Positions 50,650 through 55,857 of a stretch of 55,857 nt of DNA are shown here, piece after piece. Origin of the DNA: a virus; the IMG/VR virus record IMGVR_UViG_3300010357_001710, one strand, 5' to 3'. Each line of letters starts with the position of its first letter. Position 1 is the stretch's first letter. Made by a program: the position numbers and the translations under genes. The notes beneath the pieces are model-generated. The model saw only the letters and a program-made list of their open reading frames with translations, was not told the origin of the DNA and ran no database searches.

Positions 50650-51477
50650 ATGAATATAGAAAAGAAAAACAGTATGTCATTTTATGAGCAAGGAGTGAAA
50701 CTTGAAACTAAATCTGATGAAAAGTATTTTTATTTTAGTGGATTAGCAGCTTCATTTTCTAAAACTCCAGATTTCTATGGAGATATAATTATCAAAGGAG
50801 CTTTTGAAAAAACAATACGAGAAAGAATGCCTGCTAAAAAAATAAAACTTCTTGCATACCATGACGATACAAAAGTAATTGGATTACCAGTAACTTTACA
50901 AGAGACCGATGCTGGTTTGTGGTTAGAGGGTCAAATACCATTGACAAAAACTGAGATAATAGACGACATAAAAGACGGTCTATTAGATGGACTTTCAATA
51001 GGATTTACAACAATAAAGTCTCATAGAGAAGGAGATTTAAGAATTATTGAAGAAGCTAAACTTTATGAAGTTTCAGTAGTTCCATTTCCAGCTATGGAAG
51101 ATGCAAGAATATTTCAGTTCAAGTCTATGTTTGATAGAGTTATTGATAAAATTTATTCTGAGAAAAACGAAGATGCGATAGATGAACTAACTTCTTTACT
51201 TAATGACTTTAAATTAAATATAAACAAAGAAGATAAAGAAGGAAGAGTTTTATCAAATGCAAATTTAGTAGCTCTTAAAAACATCGTCAAAAGTATTGAA
51301 GAGAGTTTCACAAAACTTCAAGCTATTATATCATCAGCAGAGCCCGATAATTCTGATGAAAAATCAGAATCTATTAGCACTAATGATAATATCAATACTG
51401 AAGAAAAAGAAACTGATTTTGAAGGGTTAGGAACTCAATTGTCATTGCTATTAAAAAACTTACAGGAGGTTAAGTAA
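50650..51477 (+). CDS. Prohead protease (HK97 / S78 family) with C-terminal scaffold-like tail
   Basis: 'FSGLAASFSKTPDFYGDIIIKGAF', 'LLAYHD', 'GLSIGF', 'LYEVSVVPFPAMEDA'. Confidence 0.88.
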   Translation: MNIEKKNSMSFYEQGVKLETKSDEKYFYFSGLAASFSKTPDFYGDIIIKGAFEKTIRERMPAKKIKLLAYHDDTKVIGLPVTLQETDAGLWLEGQIPLTKTEIIDDIKDGLLDGLSIGFTTIKSHREGDLRIIEEAKLYEVSVVPFPAMEDARIFQFKSMFDRVIDKIYSEKNEDAIDELTSLLNDFKLNINKEDKEGRVLSNANLVALKNIVKSIEESFTKLQAIISSAEPDNSDEKSESISTNDNINTEEKETDFEGLGTQLSLLLKNLQEVK

Positions 51478-51478
51478 T

Positions 51479-52603
51479 ATGGAAATCAAAGAAATGGAAA
51501 AAATTATAGGTGATATTAATTCTGCTTTTAATGAATTAAAATCAGCTAATGATTCTAACAAGGCTGAAATTGGTGAGTACAAAGCTAAAATCGAAGCAGT
51601 TCAAACTGTTCTTGATGAGCTTACTGAGAAGTATCAGAAATTGAATGAGGCTAATATGCCTGGATTTGATACTAGTGTAAAAAGTGAGAAAAAAGAAACC
51701 ATTATCAATTATATTAGAAAGGGTTATAATGACCTTTCTGAAAAAGAGAAAAAAGCTCTTATTGTAGCTGATGATGCTGAAGGCGGATTTACTGTTGATG
51801 AAGAATTCTTAAGCTCAATGATTGTAGCAGTGCCTGATAAGAATGTAGTAATTCCTACTGTTACTAATATTACCACTTCAAAAGGCGCAATTCGTGTTCC
51901 AAAGGGAAATGGTGGAATGGTTTGGTATGATGTAGATGAGCAAAATTTACCGACTGAATCTGACCCGTCATTTGGTCAAGTTTTAATTCAAACACATGAG
52001 CATGCAGGATTAATAACTTTGTCTAAAGACCTGTTAGAAGATGCTGCTGTAAATCTTGAGCAGTATATTACTGGTGAATTTGTAAAAACGCTTTCTACAA
52101 AAGTAGAAACTGATATTTTCACTGGTAACGGTACTAGTACTAAAGAAGGTATTTTAACAAATACTTCTATTGGTGCTGTAACAGCAGCTTCATCTACTGT
52201 GTTAACAATGGATGATGTAATTAATTTCCTTTATGAGTTGAAAGAACAATACGCAATTCGTGGAACTGTTTTTGCTCGTAGGAAAATGGTTAGAAATTTG
52301 CGTCTTCTTAAAGACACAACTAATAACTATTTGTGGATGCCGCCTGCTGTAAAGGGTGAAACTGCTACTGTTGATGGAATGCCAATTCTTCAGTGTCAGG
52401 CAGGTCTTTCTGAAAATATGACTACTGGTCAGAAAGTAATGCTTGTTGGAGATATGTCATACTACTGGAGAGTAGCAAGAATCAATATGTCTATTCAGAG
52501 AATGAATGAAAAATACGCTCCTCTTATTGGTCTTCTTTTCCGTGTTCGTGAAGGTGGAGCAGTAATGTTACCTGAAGCATTTAAAGTTTTGAAAATGAAA
52601 TAA
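51479..52603 (+). CDS. Major capsid protein, HK97 fold
   Basis: 374 aa after the protease. N-terminal coiled-coil delta-like domain, then 'DDAEGGFTVDEEF'. Typical size and order. Confidence 0.85.
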   Translation: MEIKEMEKIIGDINSAFNELKSANDSNKAEIGEYKAKIEAVQTVLDELTEKYQKLNEANMPGFDTSVKSEKKETIINYIRKGYNDLSEKEKKALIVADDAEGGFTVDEEFLSSMIVAVPDKNVVIPTVTNITTSKGAIRVPKGNGGMVWYDVDEQNLPTESDPSFGQVLIQTHEHAGLITLSKDLLEDAAVNLEQYITGEFVKTLSTKVETDIFTGNGTSTKEGILTNTSIGAVTAASSTVLTMDDVINFLYELKEQYAIRGTVFARRKMVRNLRLLKDTTNNYLWMPPAVKGETATVDGMPILQCQAGLSENMTTGQKVMLVGDMSYYWRVARINMSIQRMNEKYAPLIGLLFRVREGGAVMLPEAFKVLKMK

Positions 52604-52615
52604 GGAGGTGTAGAA

Positions 52616-53005
52616 ATGATATATTCTGTAAAAGATAATATTTTGGCCAAAGTAATTGTAGATACTAAAAGTTATACTCAAGGTTCTACAGACCCGTCTC
52701 CTGCGAAGATAGACCGTCAAACTTGTTTACAAGGAATGCTAGTTGTAGATGTTCGTGACCTTTCTTCTACAGCAGTAGTAGTTAAAGCTTATGAAGCTAC
52801 ATCTGCAGCAGATGGGTCTCCAACTGCTATAACTGGAAAAACTTTGACAATCACAGAAGCTGGAAGATACTACATCGAGCTGTCTAAAAATGATTTCACA
52901 AAGCCATTTATTACAGCTGTAGTTTCTCAGTCTACTGGAAAAGCAGATACTATCGGCATAGAATTCATTGGTGCAAACCCAATAAATCTTCCTGTTACTA
53001 ACTAG
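52616..53005 (+). CDS. Head-associated protein (possible decoration protein)
   Basis: 129 aa between the capsid and connector genes, followed by a strong terminator. No motif recognised. Confidence 0.35.
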   Translation: MIYSVKDNILAKVIVDTKSYTQGSTDPSPAKIDRQTCLQGMLVVDVRDLSSTAVVVKAYEATSAADGSPTAITGKTLTITEAGRYYIELSKNDFTKPFITAVVSQSTGKADTIGIEFIGANPINLPVTN

Positions 53006-53017
53006 TTTGAAAACTAT

Positions 53018-53046
53018 GGGGAGGAAGAAAACTTCTTCCCCATTTA
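53018..53046 (+). terminator. Rho-independent terminator after the capsid block
   Basis: GGGGAGGAAG-aaaa-CTTCTTCCCC followed by ATTT. Confidence 0.7.
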
Positions 53047-53056
53047 AAGGAGAAGT

Positions 53057-53566
53057 ATGAGTTACTATTTAACTACTTATGAAAAAATAAAACTACCACA
53101 AGCAGTAACTGCTACATCTGCTACTATAAAAGAATTTATTAGTGCTGCTACTGAATTATTAGAAAGTACTGAGTTTTGTAATAGAAATTTAGCAGAAAGA
53201 ACTTATGAAAATGAAATACATGAAATAAGAGATAAAGAATCAATGGTTCTTAAAAATTATCCTGTTTCAGAAGTAACAAGCTTACAAACTTTTGGTACTT
53301 CAACAACAGATGTTCCAGAAAATTACTACTACATTGAAAATAACAATGGAATAATTTATACAAAAAACTATTTTAGATTTTTTGGAAAATATTCATGTTC
53401 ATATAAAGCTGGATATGCTATAGGAAGTGTTCCTGATGCGCTTGAAAAAGCTTGTATAATGTTAACACAACATCTATACTATAAGTCTAAAAACTTTACT
53501 TCTAATGAAGATGGTGAGTTTCCAAAAGTAGTTTATAAATTAATTAAGCCATTTGTGGGGAAATGA
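53057..53566 (+). CDS. Head-tail connector (gp6-like) protein
   Basis: Assigned by position and size (169 aa), with an N-terminal helical segment. Weak. Confidence 0.4.
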   Translation: MSYYLTTYEKIKLPQAVTATSATIKEFISAATELLESTEFCNRNLAERTYENEIHEIRDKESMVLKNYPVSEVTSLQTFGTSTTDVPENYYYIENNNGIIYTKNYFRFFGKYSCSYKAGYAIGSVPDALEKACIMLTQHLYYKSKNFTSNEDGEFPKVVYKLIKPFVGK

Positions 53567-54006
53567 AAATGAGTAGTAATTCTGAAAAGCTTTTAAGAAT
53601 TTCAAAAAGTATTAATAAGGAAGCTCCTACACTTATGTTATTATTAGCAAGCATGCAATCTAATAACATAAAAAATAGAACTTCAAGTGGAGTTGACGCT
53701 TCTGGACAACCTTTTATTCCATACTCAACAGCATATGCAAAATTTAAAGAAAGAGTTAGAGGAAATTTAGATTGGCTGAAACTTTCTGGTGACATGATGA
53801 ATGCTATTATACCGGCATTGATGAAAGAAAGAGTAGGTTCTAAATTATTATTTACTAGCTCTGGAAATTCAGAAGGTAAGTTTAATGAAAGTAAAATGAG
53901 TTGGAATAATAAAAAAAGAAATTTCTGGGCAATTTCTTCAGAAGAAGTAGAAGCACTAAGTAGATATGGATTTTCTTATTTACAAGGAGTAATTGACAAT
54001 GCCTAA
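53563..54006 (+). CDS. Head-tail joining / tail completion protein (HK97 gp10- or Mu G-like)
   Basis: Assigned by position. 'SGVDASGQPFIPYSTAYAKFKERVRGN' resembles that family. Weak. Confidence 0.35.
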   Translation: MKMSSNSEKLLRISKSINKEAPTLMLLLASMQSNNIKNRTSSGVDASGQPFIPYSTAYAKFKERVRGNLDWLKLSGDMMNAIIPALMKERVGSKLLFTSSGNSEGKFNESKMSWNNKKRNFWAISSEEVEALSRYGFSYLQGVIDNA

Positions 54007-54448
54007 TATTTATGGTTCTGTTGAAACTTTAATAAATAAACTTAAGACAATTGATGATTTTTCTATTGACCCTGAAAATCCTTATGAAAGAGTTCAGTGG
54101 GGATTTATTTTTCCTGATGAAGTGGGACTAGAAAATTTTCCAGTGTGTTTTGTCTGGGGAGGTTCATTAGATGTTTTGGAGCATATAAATTTACAATTTA
54201 ATTGGCAAGAAAATCTTCAAATCTCTATATATGTGATGAATTATAATGATGAGTCTCAAACTGAAGGAATTAAAAAACTTAATGAGCTAGAATATAAAAT
54301 TGTAGATACTATTAGAAAATCTGGAATTGCGAAAATTCCAGGATTTAAAATAGATAGAGACACAACATTCATAAAAATAGGAGGAATGTTTAATATGCAT
54401 CCACCTTATTTTTGCTCTAGAATTGATTTAACCCTAACTAGGAGGTAA
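53993..54448 (+). CDS. Tail terminator / completion protein
   Basis: Position immediately upstream of the tube gene. 151 aa. Confidence 0.3.
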   Translation: MTMPNIYGSVETLINKLKTIDDFSIDPENPYERVQWGFIFPDEVGLENFPVCFVWGGSLDVLEHINLQFNWQENLQISIYVMNYNDESQTEGIKKLNELEYKIVDTIRKSGIAKIPGFKIDRDTTFIKIGGMFNMHPPYFCSRIDLTLTRR

Positions 54449-54452
54449 TAAT

Positions 54453-55238
54453 ATGGCAACAAAAGAACTTACTTTTGCTGAAAGCTCTGGTGCTATTCTT
54501 CAGTATGGTGGAATAGTATTAGCAGCTAAAAAGGCAGCAAAGAAAATTAGTGAAAACAGAGTTCAAGTTTTATCAGCAGATGTTTCTTCTACTTCAGCTA
54601 CTACATTTTATGTAAATAGCACAAAAGGATTACCATCTACACCTTTTACTGCTGGTATTGGTACTGAGACAGATTTAACTGTTACTGCAGTTTCTCCTTC
54701 TGCAAATTCTATCACTGTAACTCGCGGTGCTAGTCCAACAACACACAACAAAGGTGATTTGATGATAGTTTATACTGCTAATTCTTATAGCAGTACAGAA
54801 CTAAAACCTATTGGCTTTCTTGAAAAAATAGTATTTTCTCCTGGTGTAAAAGGTGGAAGTATTTTAAAAGATTGTGTTGGAAGACAATGTGGAGTAAATA
54901 GGCCAACAGCTGAGCCAACTCTTAAATTGACTCACATGCAAAGTGGTTATAATGAGTTAGCGCTAATGATGGGTGTAAATTTAGAAAGTGTAGAAGTAGA
55001 TGGATTTACTCAACTTTCTAGTGAAGTAGTAACTGATTATGCAATCTTTATACTAACTATGCAGACACCACAAGATAGCTCTGGAATAGTTTATGGTTAT
55101 ATGAAATTCCCGCATGCTTCTTTGATGGAGTCTAGTGATTTAACAATGGATGAGAACGTAAATTATCCTGAAACAACTTGGGGAATATTGTATGATTCTT
55201 TAGATGGCGCTAATAAGTTTATTTCAAAGGGCGCATAA
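54453..55238 (+). CDS. Major tail (tube) protein
   Basis: 261 aa, immediately upstream of the chaperone/frameshift pair and TMP. AGGAGG RBS. Confidence 0.55.
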   Translation: MATKELTFAESSGAILQYGGIVLAAKKAAKKISENRVQVLSADVSSTSATTFYVNSTKGLPSTPFTAGIGTETDLTVTAVSPSANSITVTRGASPTTHNKGDLMIVYTANSYSSTELKPIGFLEKIVFSPGVKGGSILKDCVGRQCGVNRPTAEPTLKLTHMQSGYNELALMMGVNLESVEVDGFTQLSSEVVTDYAIFILTMQTPQDSSGIVYGYMKFPHASLMESSDLTMDENVNYPETTWGILYDSLDGANKFISKGA

Positions 55239-55255
55239 AAGAAAGGATTTACTAA

Positions 55256-55668
55256 TGGAAAAAATTAAAGTAGGAGAAAAAATTTTTACGGTCGTTCAGT
55301 CTGTGGACGACCTCTTTGCTCTTGATTTTGCAGAGTTAACTGTTGCTTATTCTAAGCTGTCAAAAATAATGGGTTCAAGTAATATTGTTGGTTTGCAGAA
55401 TAAAAAAATAGAAGATTTAAATGATGAAGAAAAACTAAACTTGATTACAGCTACTTTTGAGCATACTGGGAGTGTTCATAATATTGAATTATGTGCTGCA
55501 ATTCTTACTGACTCAGAAAATTCTTCTTTTGAAACTCGTCTTTCATATCTAAAAAAGAATATGAAAAGAAAAGAAGAGAAAGAGTTAGTTAGTTTTTTTT
55601 CAAAGAATTTACTGAAAGACCTTCTATCAGCAGAGAGTTCAAAAGAACTAGTGAAGACTTTAGACTAA
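55256..55668 (+). CDS. Tail assembly chaperone (gpG-like)
   Basis: Position between the tube and TMP genes. ATG 55256 follows the tube stop. Contains a T8 slippery run at 55593-55600. Confidence 0.6.
55593..55600 (+). promoter_or_regulatory. Candidate -1 programmed ribosomal frameshift site (T TTT TTT C)
   Basis: Eight consecutive T read as agt-TTT-TTT-tca in the chaperone frame. The -1 frame is open from 55593 to the stop at 55833-55835. Confidence 0.55.
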
Positions 55669-55835
55669 ATGGAGGAAAACCTGTGGCCAGTAGTATTTAT
55701 AAACTTTGTTATTCGTATTCACAAAAAGACATAACTAAGTTTAATGAAATACTTACAACAGTAAAAATGAAAGTCTTATTTTTATTTTCAAATTTTGTGG
55801 CAAATGATAAAGATTTGAAAAAGAAAGAAAGCTAA
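55593..55835 (+). CDS. -1 frame extension of the tail assembly chaperone (gpGT-like fusion part). Its 3' part also has its own GGAGG plus GTG (55683)
   Basis: Open -1 frame '...FFKEFTERPSISREFKRTSEDFRLNGGKPVASSIYKLCYSYSQKDITKFNEILTTVKMKVLFLFSNFVANDKDLKKKES*'. It ends 11 nt before the TMP ATG and continues into the terminal overlap (= 1-105). Confidence 0.5.
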   Translation, partial: FFFKEFTERPSISREFKRTSEDFRLNGGKPVASSIYKLCYSYSQKDITKFNEILTTVKMKVLFLFSNFVANDKDLKKKES

Positions 55836-55857
55836 GGAGAATAAAAATGGCTCAAAC
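55731..55857. repeat. Terminal overlap copy 2 (identical to 1-127)
   Basis: Exact 127-nt identity with the window start. Confidence 0.95.

Noticed and set aside
1-55857. Lysogeny module (integrase, CI/Cro-like repressors, attP)
   Set aside because: No tyrosine or serine recombinase motifs and no HTH repressor pair could be recognised in any ORF. The tRNA is a complete gene within a transcription unit, not an att fragment. The phage is provisionally treated as virulent.

Overview
The window is one complete, circularly closed genome of a very AT-rich tailed dsDNA phage. Bases 1-127 repeat exactly at 55731-55857, so the unique length is 55,730 bp. The morphogenesis genes are siphovirus-type, and no integrase or repressor is visible, so the phage is probably virulent.

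The genome has three transcription units:
- Plus-strand late arm (45.29 kb, through the junction, to 10.02 kb): possible TerS, GpA-type TerL, a GT2 glycosyltransferase, a portal-MuF fusion, HK97-type protease and capsid, connectors, tail tube, a chaperone with a T8 -1 frameshift site, tape measure, tail and baseplate proteins, fibre, a Cys-rich protein next to a glutaredoxin-like protein, holin and amidase.
- Minus-strand early/middle arm (43.51 to 10.13 kb), which meets the late arm at a bidirectional terminator near 10.04-10.08 kb: many small early ORFs, ATP-dependent ligase, tRNA-Glu plus a structured RNA, a sugar/nucleotide modification block, C5-MTase, DnaQ-like exonuclease, GroES-like protein, dUTPase, dCMP deaminase, dNMP kinase, gp42-like dCMP hydroxymethylase, primase-helicase, family-A DNA polymerase, sigma factor, RuvC-like resolvase, SNF2 helicase, Cas4-like nuclease, Sak4-like ATPase and DUF669.
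- Short plus-strand unit (43.68-45.13 kb): a Lys/Ala-rich histone-like protein and ThyX.

Most interesting observations:
1. A NeuB/NeuA-type nonulosonic-acid activation pathway with a phosphatase and two transferase-like proteins sits in the same arm as a T4-like hmC precursor module. This is a candidate new DNA hypermodification.
2. A tRNA-linked structured RNA has two hairpins with different stems but an identical 14-nt loop. That loop is complementary to an unusual SD motif (GAAAGGCGGAA) shared by 8 early genes.
3. Five near-identical early promoter-leader cassettes have covarying hairpins. They drive, among others, a four-member paralog family of small acidic proteins bracketed by ~100-bp inverted repeats.
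4. A 600-bp non-coding region carries iterons and about 20 AAAGTAC-type heptamers.

All functional calls come from motif reading by eye. No database search was run.
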